Shown here one piece after another: positions 25,087 through 34,305 of a stretch of DNA of 64,000 nucleotides. Numbering within the stretch: the first letter of the stretch is position 1; each line of letters starts with the position of its first letter. The position numbers and the translations under genes were made by a program. Source of the stretch: Anaeromyxobacteraceae bacterium (GTDB taxonomy: Bacteria > Myxococcota > Myxococcia > Myxococcales > Anaeromyxobacteraceae); contig JAULAX010000015.1 of NCBI GenBank assembly GCA_032654565.1, positions 1,152,001 to 1,216,000 on the forward strand, in the 5' to 3' direction. Below the pieces are notes generated by a model. It was given only the letters and a program-made list of their open reading frames with translations, was not told the origin of the DNA and made no database searches.

Positions 25087-26178
25087 ATGCGTAGCGATCC
25101 ACGACGAGGAGCAACCCGGGCGGCCAGCTTGCTGGTCTCCGCGCTCTTGCTCATTGGTGCGACTGGTTGCAAGTGGGTGCAGCTCAGGCCGGACCCAGCG
25201 AACCCAAAGCAGGGCGACCTGGTGAGCGTCCAGATTGCCGCCGGCCAGCCCTCCGAGATCAGCACAATCAAGTACAAGATCAACGCCATCCAGGGCACCA
25301 CCACCTCCGCTCCCTTCCATGTGCCGGTCAATACCTGCAAGGCGCCCGGCAAGTACGACACCCAGCTCTCACTCTGGGGCGAGGCCACGTACAAGGACGG
25401 GACGGTCAGGACCTACAGTCAGGTCTCCGATCTCACGGAGGTGAAGCCGGAGCGCCACAACAGCACCTTCAGCTATGTCTTCTATCTTTCGAACAGCGGG
25501 GACGGCTGGATGGATGCCGGGAAGTCGGGTGCCGACGCCTTCATCAACAACTTCAGCTCGCGCACGGACTACAAGTACTTCTGGTCGGAGCCCGGGGTCT
25601 TCAGCTCAGCCTGCACCGACTGCGCCAGCAACTTCGATCTCGTGATCGCCTGGGGACACGGCAGTCCACACACCTTCTACTCCGGGAAGAGCGCCGTGGA
25701 CCTGTCCGGCACCGCGTACGGAGGCTGCGCCTTCTGCAACAGCACGGGAGACACGAAGTATCTCGCCTTCGCCTCCTGCAGCATCCTCTCGCTGGAGGAC
25801 TCCGCCTCGCAGCCGTGGTGGAACTACTGGTTCCACAACCAATCGACGAGGACCGACCGCCGTCCATTCCAGGGGCTCCACATGGTGATGGGGTTCCGGA
25901 CGCTCATGGTCATCGACACCTGGAGCTTCCTGTGGGACTCGGGAGACAACGCCGACGACTTCTTCGGTGACCTGGCGGGCAGGCTCGATGACGGTTGGTC
26001 GGTCAAGGACGCGTGGCTCTACTCGGCAAAGGACAACCTGAGCTTCGACGACGGGAACAACCGCGCCGCGGTGGCGTACCTGGGAGAGTACGGAAGCGAC
26101 ACGGTCTCTACGACCAGGAGCGACTTCATCTACGGCAACGCGAAGTACGCCAATCAATGGGTGGAGTTCTGGGAGTAG
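25087..26178 (+). CDS. Secreted lipoprotein with DUF6345-like (caspase/gingipain-like) domain
   Basis: Signal peptide with lipobox-like ATG-C residues (…IGATGC); WGHG...FASC putative His-Cys dyad; 'FQGLHMVMGF', 'SVKDAW'. Confidence 0.6.
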   Translation: MRSDPRRGATRAASLLVSALLLIGATGCKWVQLRPDPANPKQGDLVSVQIAAGQPSEISTIKYKINAIQGTTTSAPFHVPVNTCKAPGKYDTQLSLWGEATYKDGTVRTYSQVSDLTEVKPERHNSTFSYVFYLSNSGDGWMDAGKSGADAFINNFSSRTDYKYFWSEPGVFSSACTDCASNFDLVIAWGHGSPHTFYSGKSAVDLSGTAYGGCAFCNSTGDTKYLAFASCSILSLEDSASQPWWNYWFHNQSTRTDRRPFQGLHMVMGFRTLMVIDTWSFLWDSGDNADDFFGDLAGRLDDGWSVKDAWLYSAKDNLSFDDGNNRAAVAYLGEYGSDTVSTTRSDFIYGNAKYANQWVEFWE

Positions 26179-26199
26179 CCACTCCCGAGGAGATTCGAC

Positions 26200-27171
26200 A
26201 TGAGACACACGCTCGTGATGCTCTCCCTGGTTGTCCTTCACCCGGTGACGGCGCTGGCGCAGGCGGCGCTGGACGCGCAGGCCCGGCAAGAGATTGCGGC
26301 CATCCTGCAGAAGCCAAGGCAGGTGTACGAGGTGGACCCGGCGAAGAACGCAGCCGTCTTCGACCGCATCGACGCGCAGTTCGCGAAGCATGTCGACTCC
26401 TCGAAGGCGACCGTGAAGGAGGGGCAGCCCGGAATCTCGAGATACAAGCGCCTGACCGAGAAGAACGAGCCCATCTTCACAGGGGAGGGTGGGGCCCAGG
26501 GGGTGACACCTCCCGGGGCGTTCTACACGAGGTACGAGAAGGGGCTGCAGCGGCGCGTCTTCAGGAAGGAGATCTCCGTCCCTGGGAGCCAGGCGCTTGA
26601 AGATCGGGCGGCCATCGCGCTCGCCGACGGATTCATCAGGAAGAACGCCCTCTGCCTCGAGTCCGAACTGGACACCATGGCGGATCCGACCGTCGCGTCG
26701 CTCAGAAGGCGGGGGCTCGACAGCGAGGCCAAGCCCGTGGCCAAGGCGACGATCCTGCAGCGGGTCGAGTTCAAGAGGAAGGTCGATGGCCTCGAGGTCA
26801 TCAACTCGAAGCAGGCTGTGGCGCTCCATCCGACGACGCGCGAGGTGCTCGGGTACGAGAGCCTCAACTGGACTCCCGTCAACGTCAGATCGGGCAAGCA
26901 GTACCCCTCCTTGAGCCTCCAGGAGGCGGTGGCGAGGATCGAGTCGTTGCTCGCCAGGTCGAGCGCCAAGTCCCGAATCACGCGGGTCAGGGCCGCGATG
27001 TTCCAGGAGGATCGGTACGTGTTCCCCGTCCTGGTCGTGAGCGTGGAGTCGCCCAAGACCGATTCGACGGAATATGCCTCCAGGGAAAACCTGGTGATCG
27101 CCCTGGCAAAGGAACTCCCGACCAAGAAGAAGACGAAGCCGATCCGGAACGAGCCAGGGAGCATCAAGTGA
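26200..27171 (+). CDS. Secreted hypothetical protein
   Basis: Sec signal peptide MRHTLVMLSLVVLHPVTALA; GAGGAG RBS; 21 nt after the previous gene. Confidence 0.7.
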   Translation: MRHTLVMLSLVVLHPVTALAQAALDAQARQEIAAILQKPRQVYEVDPAKNAAVFDRIDAQFAKHVDSSKATVKEGQPGISRYKRLTEKNEPIFTGEGGAQGVTPPGAFYTRYEKGLQRRVFRKEISVPGSQALEDRAAIALADGFIRKNALCLESELDTMADPTVASLRRRGLDSEAKPVAKATILQRVEFKRKVDGLEVINSKQAVALHPTTREVLGYESLNWTPVNVRSGKQYPSLSLQEAVARIESLLARSSAKSRITRVRAAMFQEDRYVFPVLVVSVESPKTDSTEYASRENLVIALAKELPTKKKTKPIRNEPGSIK

Positions 27172-27310
27172 CGCCGAACGGGAGAGACTCGGCCGAGAGT
27201 CGCTGACGGCGGCTTCACTCGGGGCGCATGAGGCGTCAAGGCCTCCATGCCCCGCGCTTGACCCTCGGTCACGAACCGGCCGCTCGGCGGGGACCCCCGG
27301 AACGTAGAAA

Positions 27311-27338
27311 GCCCCGCAACCATGACTGGTTGCGGGGC
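27311..27338 (-). terminator. Intrinsic terminator after the tRNA operon
   Basis: GCCCCGCAACCA-TGAC-TGGTTGCGGGGC 12-bp stem followed by TTTCT on the minus strand. Confidence 0.8.
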
Positions 27339-27344
27339 TCGATG

Positions 27345-27421
27345 TGGCGGGGTGTGCGGGGCTCGAACCCGCGGCCTCCAGCGTGACAGGCTGGCGTTAT
27401 AACCGACTTAACTAACACCCC
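27345..27421 (-). tRNA. tRNA-Asp(GTC)
   Basis: GGGGTGTTAGTTAAGTCGGTTATAACGCCAGCCTGTCACGCTGGAGGCCGCGGGTTCGAGCCCCGCACACCCCGCCA; encoded CCA. Confidence 0.95.
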
Positions 27422-27432
27422 AGAAAGAGTAG

Positions 27433-27504
27433 TGGGCGGAGCAGGTTTCGAACCTGCGACCCGCGCCTTGTAAAGGCGCCGCTCTACCCCTGAGCTATCC
27501 GCCC
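27433..27504 (-). tRNA. tRNA-Val(TAC)
   Basis: GGGCGGATAGCTCAGGGGTAGAGCGGCGCCTTTACAAGGCGCGGGTCGCAGGTTCGAAACCTGCTCCGCCCA. Confidence 0.95.
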
Positions 27505-27522
27505 AGAGCGAAAGCGGGACGG

Positions 27523-27552
27523 TATCTAGCCCGCAGGGTACCCCCCTGTCAA
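27523..27552 (-). promoter_or_regulatory. Sigma70-type promoter of the tRNA pair
   Basis: TTGACA-N18-TAGATA on the minus strand. Confidence 0.55.
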
Positions 27553-27640
27553 CGTCAGAGGACAGACAGGAACCCCCCAAGGTCACAGCCCTTCTCGCTT
27601 CCTTGTCGGATCACGCCGCAGGTGGTACCAACCGGCCAAA

Positions 27641-30343
27641 ATGGCATTCAAGCAAGGCCAGAAGATCATCCACCGCGCCCAGCGCGCCTGGGGCGTCGGC
27701 GTGGTCATCGAGGTGGCCGACGACGGCCGCCGCGTCGCCGTCCGCTTCGCCGGCCGCGACGGCGTCACCGTGGTCTCCGGCCGCGACCCGGCCCTGCTGG
27801 CCGTCCCCGACGACACCCCCATCGACGCCGACGCCGGCGGCCCGCTCGACGCCCTCGCCGCCGGCCAGCCCGGCCCCGCCTCCGCCTGGGCCCTCCGCTC
27901 CCGCGCCCTCCGGCTCGACGCCCTGCGCCGCGCCGACGGCCTCGGCGCCCTCCTCTCCAGCCGCGTCCACGTCCTCCCCCACCAGGTCGGCGCCGCCGGC
28001 CGCATCCTCGCCGACCGCCTCCCCCGCTTCGTCCTCGCCGACGAGGTCGGCCTCGGCAAGACCGTCGAGGCCGGCCTGGTCTTCGCCGGCCTGCGCCAGC
28101 TCGGGCTCGCCGAGCGCGTCCTCATCGTGGTCCCCGAGCACCTGGCCTTCCAGTGGCTCGCCGAGCTCTTCCACAAGTTCAACGCCCTCTTCACCCTCCT
28201 CACCGCCGAGCGCGTCGCCGAGCTGGGCGGCGCCGAGGCCGCGCTGGCCCGCTCGCCGCTGGCCATCGTCTCCTTCGAGGCCCTGCTCGCCGACGAGGAG
28301 CTGCCCCGCGCCGCCGCCGCCACCGCCCTCGATCTGGTCATCGTCGACGAGGCCCACCACCTGTCCGACGACGAGCTCCACGCCCGGGTGGCCCCGCTCT
28401 GCCGCCGCTCCTACGGCGCCCTGCTCCTCACCGCCACGCCGGTCCGGCTCGACCCCCGCGAGTACTTCCGCCTGCTCTCGCTCGTCGAGCCCATCCCCAG
28501 CACCGACGAGGCCGGCTTCCTGGAGCGGCTCGAGCAGCACGAGGCCTACGCCACCATCGCCCGCGAGCTGCTCGGCGGCGCCACCGTCAAGGCCTCGCTC
28601 AAGGCGCTGCGCAAGCTCGCCCCCGACGACGTCACCTTCGAGCACGACGACCAGACCCGCGACGACCTGCTGGCCCACCTGGCCGACCACTACTCCCTCT
28701 CCGCCCGGCTCATCCGCAACCGCCGCGTCAAGGTCGGCGCCTTCACCGCCCGCGAGCTGCGCCGCTTCGACGTCCCCGCCGGCGGCCGCATGAAGGCGCT
28801 GGTGGACCTCTGCGCCGGGCTCGCCAAGGCCGGCGAGAAGGTGCTGGTCTTCGGCTCCGACGCCGACCACCTCGCCGAGCTGCAGGCCCGCATCGCCGGC
28901 GCCGGCTACGAGTCGCTCAGCTACGACGGCGCCCGCACGCTCGAGGCCCGCGACCGGCTGGTGGCCCGCTTCCGCGATCCCGAAGGGCCGCGCCTGCTCC
29001 TCTCCGGCGAGGCCGGGGGCGAGGGGCGCAACTTCCAGTTCGCCGCCCACCTGGTCTGCGCCGACCTCCCCGAGTCGCCGCTGGTGCTCGAGCAGCGCAT
29101 CGGCCGGCTCGACCGGCTCGGCCAGGCGAGACCGGTGCAGATCCACCTGGTGGTGGAGCCGGGCGAGGAGCAGTTCCTGGCCGACCTCTACCAGCACGAG
29201 ATCGGCATCTTCGAGGAGCCGGTGGGCGGCCTCGACGCCCTGCTGGCCTCGCTCCCCGCCGAGCTGGCCGCCCTGCGCAAGAAGAAGGGGGCCAAGGCCC
29301 GCGCCGACTTCCGCGCCAGGCTGGCCGCCCGCGTCGCCGACGCCCGCCGCGTCCAGCACGAGGGCGACCCGCTCCTCGACATCCGCTCCGCCTCGCTCCC
29401 CGAGCTGGCGGCGCTGGTGGGCAACGCCTTCGCCCGGCTCGACGAGGAGCCGCCCGCCGGCATCACCGCCCTGGGCGGCATCCCCACCGAGGCCGGCATG
29501 GAGGCGCTGCGCGAGGCGCTGGTGACCCTCTCCCGCTGGCTGGAGGAGGAGCTGGAGGACCTCGGCACCGACCTCGGCCGCCGCATCGGCCTCGACGTCG
29601 ACACCGACCAGAATGTCTCGCCCTTCGAGGTGGCCTTCACCATCGGCTCCGGCCTGCGCGTCGAGGCCCTGCCTGGCATGGCCGTGCCCGACGAGCCGGA
29701 GACGCTGCTCGGCTCCTTCTGGCGCGAGACCGCGGTGCAGCGCGACGAGCTGGAGTGGTTCGCCACCGGCCACCGGCTGGTCGAGGCGCTGATGGGCATC
29801 GCCCGCGACGGCGACGCCGGCCGGGCCGCGGTCATCCGCCGCCCCTGGGCGCCGCGCCGCGGCGGCCTCTGCCTCCGCTTCACGCTGCAGTGGGCCACCG
29901 GCGCCGACACCACCCCCGGCGCCCGGGTCGGCTCCCGCCAGGCCTCGCGCTACCTCCCCGGCGGCCCCATCAGCGTCATGGTCGACCTCGAGGCCCACCG
30001 CACCATCACCGGCGGCGGCGAGCGACTGGAGTCGGAGGCCGACGACGCCGAGGACGTGCGCGTCGGCAACGTGCCGCCGGCCCTGCTGGACCGGGCCCGC
30101 AACGCCGCCCTCATCGAGGCCGAGGCCCGCTTCCTGAAGCGCAAGGAGAAGGCACTGGCCCGGCTCGACGCCCACGCCGCGGGCGAGGAGCAGCGGCTGG
30201 TGGAGTCGGCCTTCGCCGGCGGGGCGCCCCGCAAGCTGGTCGAGGCGGCGCTGGGGGCGGTCCGCCAGCACCGCAAGGTGACCGCCGGCGCCATCGAGCG
30301 GGTCACCCTGGTGCTCGACGCCGCGGCGTTGGTGGTGCCATAG
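27641..30343 (+). CDS. SNF2-family helicase, RapA/HepA-like
   Basis: LPHQ...PRFVLADEVGLGKTVEAG, QWLAEL, DEAHH, LLLTATP, GGEGRNFQFA, LEQRIGRLDRLGQ. Confidence 0.9.
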   Translation: MAFKQGQKIIHRAQRAWGVGVVIEVADDGRRVAVRFAGRDGVTVVSGRDPALLAVPDDTPIDADAGGPLDALAAGQPGPASAWALRSRALRLDALRRADGLGALLSSRVHVLPHQVGAAGRILADRLPRFVLADEVGLGKTVEAGLVFAGLRQLGLAERVLIVVPEHLAFQWLAELFHKFNALFTLLTAERVAELGGAEAALARSPLAIVSFEALLADEELPRAAAATALDLVIVDEAHHLSDDELHARVAPLCRRSYGALLLTATPVRLDPREYFRLLSLVEPIPSTDEAGFLERLEQHEAYATIARELLGGATVKASLKALRKLAPDDVTFEHDDQTRDDLLAHLADHYSLSARLIRNRRVKVGAFTARELRRFDVPAGGRMKALVDLCAGLAKAGEKVLVFGSDADHLAELQARIAGAGYESLSYDGARTLEARDRLVARFRDPEGPRLLLSGEAGGEGRNFQFAAHLVCADLPESPLVLEQRIGRLDRLGQARPVQIHLVVEPGEEQFLADLYQHEIGIFEEPVGGLDALLASLPAELAALRKKKGAKARADFRARLAARVADARRVQHEGDPLLDIRSASLPELAALVGNAFARLDEEPPAGITALGGIPTEAGMEALREALVTLSRWLEEELEDLGTDLGRRIGLDVDTDQNVSPFEVAFTIGSGLRVEALPGMAVPDEPETLLGSFWRETAVQRDELEWFATGHRLVEALMGIARDGDAGRAAVIRRPWAPRRGGLCLRFTLQWATGADTTPGARVGSRQASRYLPGGPISVMVDLEAHRTITGGGERLESEADDAEDVRVGNVPPALLDRARNAALIEAEARFLKRKEKALARLDAHAAGEEQRLVESAFAGGAPRKLVEAALGAVRQHRKVTAGAIERVTLVLDAAALVVP

Positions 30344-30378
30344 GGTCGCGGGTGGCGGCCCCGGCGGGGCCGGGGCGG

Positions 30379-30403
30379 CGCCTGTCTAGGCGCTTGACAG
30401 GCG
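30379..30403. promoter_or_regulatory. Inverted repeat overlapping the -35 of hicAB (likely HicB operator)
   Basis: CGCCTGTC-N9-GACAGGCG covering TTGACA (30394-30399); CAAACT lies 17 nt downstream of the -35. Confidence 0.6.
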
Positions 30404-30429
30404 ACCAGCGGCTAGGCAAACTGGGGCTC

Positions 30430-30636
30430 ATGAACGCGCGGCGGGTCATCCGGCGCATCGTGGATCTCGGGGGCGAGGTGGTCCGCCAGAAGGGCTCCCA
30501 TGTCCGCGTCCGCGCCGGAGTCTGCTTCGCGACGGTCCCGGATCACGGCGCCCGCGACATTCCGGCCGGGACGCTCCGCTCCATCGAGCGACAGCTGGCG
30601 CCGTGCCTGGGTGAAGGCTGGCTACGGGAAAGGTAG
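30430..30636 (+). CDS. hicA: HicA-family toxin
   Basis: RQKGSHVR...TVPDHG.RDIPAGTLRSI. Confidence 0.88.
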   Translation: MNARRVIRRIVDLGGEVVRQKGSHVRVRAGVCFATVPDHGARDIPAGTLRSIERQLAPCLGEGWLRER

Positions 30637-30644
30637 GAGACGTC

Positions 30645-31037
30645 ATGGCCAAGTACGTGGTGACTTACGAGCGGGACGAGGGCGGCTGGTGGATCGCCGA
30701 GGTGCAGGGCGTCGCCGGCGTGAACAGCGACGGTCGATCCGTGGCCGACGCCCGGCGCCGGGTGCGTGAGGCCCTCTCCCTCGCCATCGGCGATGCGGCC
30801 GCCGAGCGGGCCGAGTTCGTCGATGACATCAAGCTCCCGGCCGACGTTCGCCGGGTCGTCAAGCAGGCCACCGCGGCCAGGGCTCGCCTCGATGACGTCC
30901 AGTCCAAGGCGGTCGCCGCCACGGCCGCCGCCGCCAGCGTGCTGACCCGGAAGTTCGGGCTCTCGGTGCGCGACGCCGCCGAGATGCTCGGCGTCTCCCA
31001 CCAGCGCATCCAGCAGCTGTCTGGCGCCAAGCGGTAG
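30645..31037 (+). CDS. hicB: HicB-family antitoxin with C-terminal HTH
   Basis: YERDEGGWWIAEV..V.G.NSDGRS..DAR..VREAL; SVRDAAEMLGVSHQRIQQL. Confidence 0.88.
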   Translation: MAKYVVTYERDEGGWWIAEVQGVAGVNSDGRSVADARRRVREALSLAIGDAAAERAEFVDDIKLPADVRRVVKQATAARARLDDVQSKAVAATAAAASVLTRKFGLSVRDAAEMLGVSHQRIQQLSGAKR

Positions 31038-31044
31038 TCCGCCC

Positions 31045-32169
31045 ATGGACCTCGTCCCGCTCCTCCAGGCCCTCATCCGCATCGACTCCACCTCGAGCCG
31101 CCCCAACGGCCCGGTGCTCGACCTGCTCGAGGGCGAGCTGAGGCCGCTCGGCTTCATCACCCGCCGCCACCGCTGGACCGACGCCGACGGCGTCGAGAAG
31201 CAGAACCTGGCCTGCCGGCGCGGCCCCGACCTGCCCGGCGGCCTGGCCCTCATCGGCCACACCGACTGCGTCCCCTTCGACCCCGCCTGGGCCGAGGCCC
31301 TCACCGCCCCGGTCCGCGACGGCCACGTCCACGGCCGCGGCGCCGCCGACACCAAGGGCTTCCTGGCCGCCGCCGTCACCGCCGCCCGCCGCACCACCGC
31401 CGGGGCCCACCCGCTCACGCTCCTCTTCACCGCCGACGAGGAGGTCGGCTGCCTCGGCGCCAAGCAGGCCCTGGCCGAAGGTCGCCTCCACCCCCGCCAC
31501 GCCATCATCGGCGAGCCCACTTCCTTGGTGCCGGTCCGCGCCCACAAGGGCTACTGCGCCGTCGAGGTGGAGCTGACCGGGGTGGAGGGGCACAGCGCCT
31601 ACCCGGAGGTGGGGGCCTCGGCCATCCACGCCGTCGGCCGGCTCTTCGTCGAGCTGGAGCGGATCGGCGGCGAGCTGAAGCAGGTCACCGACGGCGCCTT
31701 CGACCCGCCCTTCACCACCTGGAACGTCGGCGTCATCGCCGGCGGCAAGGCCCGCAACATCATCGCCGGCACCTGCACCTTCAGCTACGAGTGGCGGCCG
31801 CTCCCCGGCCAGGAGCCGCGCCAGGCGCTGCGGCTGCTGGAGGCGGCCTGCGACCGGCTGGTGGCCGGCAGCGGCGGGCGCCTCACGGTGGCCATCTCGC
31901 CGCTCCGCACCGACCCGGCCGCCGTCACCTCGCCCGACGCCGAGATCGTCCGCTACCTCGAGCAGGCCAGCGGCCACGCCAGCATCACCGTCCCCTTCGG
32001 CACCGAGCTGCCCGAGGTGATCGGCATGGGGGCCGAAGGCGTGGTCTTCGGCGCCGGCGACATCCGCGTCGCCCACCGGACCGGCGAGCGCGTCGCCGTG
32101 GCCGAGCTCGAGCGCTGCGCCGAGGTCCTGACCGGGGCCATCGAGCGGTTCTGCGGGCCCGGGCACTGA
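31045..32169 (+). CDS. argE: Acetylornithine deacetylase (M20 family)
   Basis: GHTDCVP, GRGAADTKG, ADEEVGCLGA, IGEPT, HKG, PFGTE, AHR. Confidence 0.85.
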   Translation: MDLVPLLQALIRIDSTSSRPNGPVLDLLEGELRPLGFITRRHRWTDADGVEKQNLACRRGPDLPGGLALIGHTDCVPFDPAWAEALTAPVRDGHVHGRGAADTKGFLAAAVTAARRTTAGAHPLTLLFTADEEVGCLGAKQALAEGRLHPRHAIIGEPTSLVPVRAHKGYCAVEVELTGVEGHSAYPEVGASAIHAVGRLFVELERIGGELKQVTDGAFDPPFTTWNVGVIAGGKARNIIAGTCTFSYEWRPLPGQEPRQALRLLEAACDRLVAGSGGRLTVAISPLRTDPAAVTSPDAEIVRYLEQASGHASITVPFGTELPEVIGMGAEGVVFGAGDIRVAHRTGERVAVAELERCAEVLTGAIERFCGPGH

Positions 32170-32181
32170 CCCTTTGGGTTG

Positions 32182-32220
32182 TGGTTGATTTTCAACCAGC
32201 TGATGGTTGATTTTCAGCCA
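32182..32220. promoter_or_regulatory. Tandem palindromic operator-like sites
   Basis: TGGTTGATTTTCAACCA and TGGTTGATTTTCAGCCA, 22 bp apart, overlapping TTGATT-N17-CAGACT. Confidence 0.6.
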
Positions 32221-32241
32221 CGAGCGCTCCAGACTGCGCTG

Positions 32242-33465
32242 GTGTTCAAGCGCCACCAGCAGCCGGCCATCGAGGCCGCCCTCTCCGATACCCCGGCCAC
32301 CATGCTGGTCGGGCCCCGGCAGAGCGGCAAGACCACGCTGGTCCGCGCCATCGCCGCGGCCAGGGGCAGGAAGGCGAGCTACCACTCGCTCGACGAGCAG
32401 GGCGTGCTCGACGCCGCGCTGGCCGATCCGGTCGGCTTCGTCGCCGGTCTCCGTGGGCTGGCGGTCATCGACGAGATCCAGAAGGCGCCGCGCCTCCTCC
32501 CGGCCATCAAGGTGGCCATCGACCGCGACCGCCACCCCGGCCGCTTCCTGCTGACCGGCTCGGCCAACGTGCTGGCCCTGCCACGGGTCTCCGAGTCGCT
32601 GGCGGGGCGCATGGAGGTGGCCACGCTCTGGCCGCTCTCGCAGGGTGAGCTGGTCGGGCGGCGCGAGGGCTTCATCGACCGGGTGCTGCGCGGTGAGCCG
32701 CCGGCCGGGCAGGGTGGTGTGGACATCGTCCCGCGACTCCTCCAGGGCGGCTACCCGGAGGCCGCGACCCGCCTCGACCCGGGCCGTCGGCGAGCCTTCT
32801 TCGAGGCCTACCTGACCACCATCGTCACCCGCGACGTCCGCGACGTCGCCGCCATCGAGGATCCCGGCGCGCTCCAGCGGCTGCTCCAGCTCTGCGCCGC
32901 CCGGACCGGCGCCACCATGAACCACGCCGAGCTGGGCCGGATCCTGGGCGTGCCGGTCTCGACCATCAAGCGCTACCTGGCGCTGCTCGAGACGCTCTTC
33001 CTGGTCCACCACCTCCCGGCCTGGTCCTCGAACCGGGGCAAGCGGCTGGCCCGGACGCCCAAGCTCCACGTCGTGGACACCGGCCTGGCCATGGTGCTGG
33101 CCGGCGTCGGAGCGGCGGCGCTGGCGCAGGAGCGGACCCTGCTCGGCGCCATGCTCGAGTCCTTCGTGGCCGCCGAGCTCCGCAAGCAGCTCGGCTGGTC
33201 GGAGGCCCGCCCCAACCTGCTCCACTTCCGCTCCCACGCCGGCGCCGAGGTGGACCTGGTGCTCGAGGACGGCCGCGGGCGTGTCGTCGGCGTCGAGGTC
33301 AAGGCCACCAGCACCCCCTCGTCGTCCGACTTCAAGGGGCTCCGGGCGCTGGCCGAGACCGCCGGGAAGGCCTTCGTGCAGGGGATCGTCCTGCACCTCG
33401 GCGCCCGCCCGCTCGTCTTCGGACCCACCCTGACCGCCTGCCCGATCGATGCGCTCTGGGAGTGA
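32242..33465 (+). CDS. AAA_14 ATPase with DUF4143 domain
   Basis: GPRQSGKTT, IDEIQK, LLTGSA, SESLAGR, PKLHVVDTG, EVDLV..VEVK; start probably GTG 32242. Confidence 0.9.
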   Translation: MFKRHQQPAIEAALSDTPATMLVGPRQSGKTTLVRAIAAARGRKASYHSLDEQGVLDAALADPVGFVAGLRGLAVIDEIQKAPRLLPAIKVAIDRDRHPGRFLLTGSANVLALPRVSESLAGRMEVATLWPLSQGELVGRREGFIDRVLRGEPPAGQGGVDIVPRLLQGGYPEAATRLDPGRRRAFFEAYLTTIVTRDVRDVAAIEDPGALQRLLQLCAARTGATMNHAELGRILGVPVSTIKRYLALLETLFLVHHLPAWSSNRGKRLARTPKLHVVDTGLAMVLAGVGAAALAQERTLLGAMLESFVAAELRKQLGWSEARPNLLHFRSHAGAEVDLVLEDGRGRVVGVEVKATSTPSSSDFKGLRALAETAGKAFVQGIVLHLGARPLVFGPTLTACPIDALWE

Positions 33466-33501
33466 GGGGGCCCCGGACGGGACGGCCCGGAACCGGCTAC
33501 A

Positions 33502-34302
33502 ATGCCCGCCGTGACCACGCTCCGGTTCACCAAGTACCACGGCCTCGGCAACGACTTCGTGGTCGTCGACGGCCCGCGCATGGACGCGGCCCGCGCCGTG
33601 CGGCTCTGCGACCGCCACCGCGGCCTCGGCGCCGACGGGGTGCTGACCATCCTCTCGCCCCGCTCCCCGGGCGCGGTGGCCACCATGCACGTCACCAACG
33701 CCGACGGCTCGGTCGCCACCATGTGCGGCAACGGCATCCGCTGCGTGGCCCGCCACCTGGCCGACACCCGCGGCCTCTCCGGCCAGCTCACCATCGACAC
33801 CGACGCCGGCCCGCGCGCCTGCACCATCCACCGCGACGCCGCCGGCCAGGTCATCGAGGTCTCGGTGGAGATGGGCCCGGCCCGCGTCGACGAGGACCAG
33901 CGCTTCACCGTGGGCGAGGAGCGGCTGCGCGCCATGCGCGTCGACCTCGGCAACCCCCACGCGGTGCTCTTCGACGATCCCACCCGCGAGCGGGCCGGCG
34001 AGATCGGGCCGGCCATCGAGCGCCAGGTGCCCGGCGGCGTCAACGTCGGCTTCGCCCGCGCCGGCGTCGACGGCCTCGACCTGGTGGTCTGGGAGCGGGG
34101 CTGCGGCCTCACCGACGCCTGCGGCACCGGGGCCTGCGCCGCGGCGGTGGCCTCGGTCCAGTCCGGGGTGCTCCCGGCCGACCGCCCCCTCCAGGTGCGG
34201 CTCCCCGGCGGCGCCCTCACCATCACCGTCTCCGCCGACCTGGCCCGCGTCACCATGCGCGGCCCGGCCGAGCGGGTCTACCAGGGCGAGACCGGGCTCT
34301 AG
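33502..34302 (+). CDS. dapF: Diaminopimelate epimerase
   Basis: KYHGLGNDF, GADG, MCGNGIRC, GNPH, WERGCG.T.ACGTGACA. Confidence 0.95.
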   Translation: MPAVTTLRFTKYHGLGNDFVVVDGPRMDAARAVRLCDRHRGLGADGVLTILSPRSPGAVATMHVTNADGSVATMCGNGIRCVARHLADTRGLSGQLTIDTDAGPRACTIHRDAAGQVIEVSVEMGPARVDEDQRFTVGEERLRAMRVDLGNPHAVLFDDPTRERAGEIGPAIERQVPGGVNVGFARAGVDGLDLVVWERGCGLTDACGTGACAAAVASVQSGVLPADRPLQVRLPGGALTITVSADLARVTMRGPAERVYQGETGL

Positions 34303-34305
34303 CGC

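Larger units (their letters stand above)
1..27310. mobile_element. Putative genomic/defence island downstream of tRNA-Asp (left end outside the window)
   Basis: Less extreme GC3 than the sequence right of the tRNAs; nuclease/defence cargo; abuts a tRNA 3' end. No integrase or att duplicate seen. Confidence 0.55.

Noticed and set aside
27180..27310. Integrase or att-site duplicate near tRNA-Asp
   Set aside because: No recombinase ORF and no second copy of the tRNA 3' end noticed in the window.
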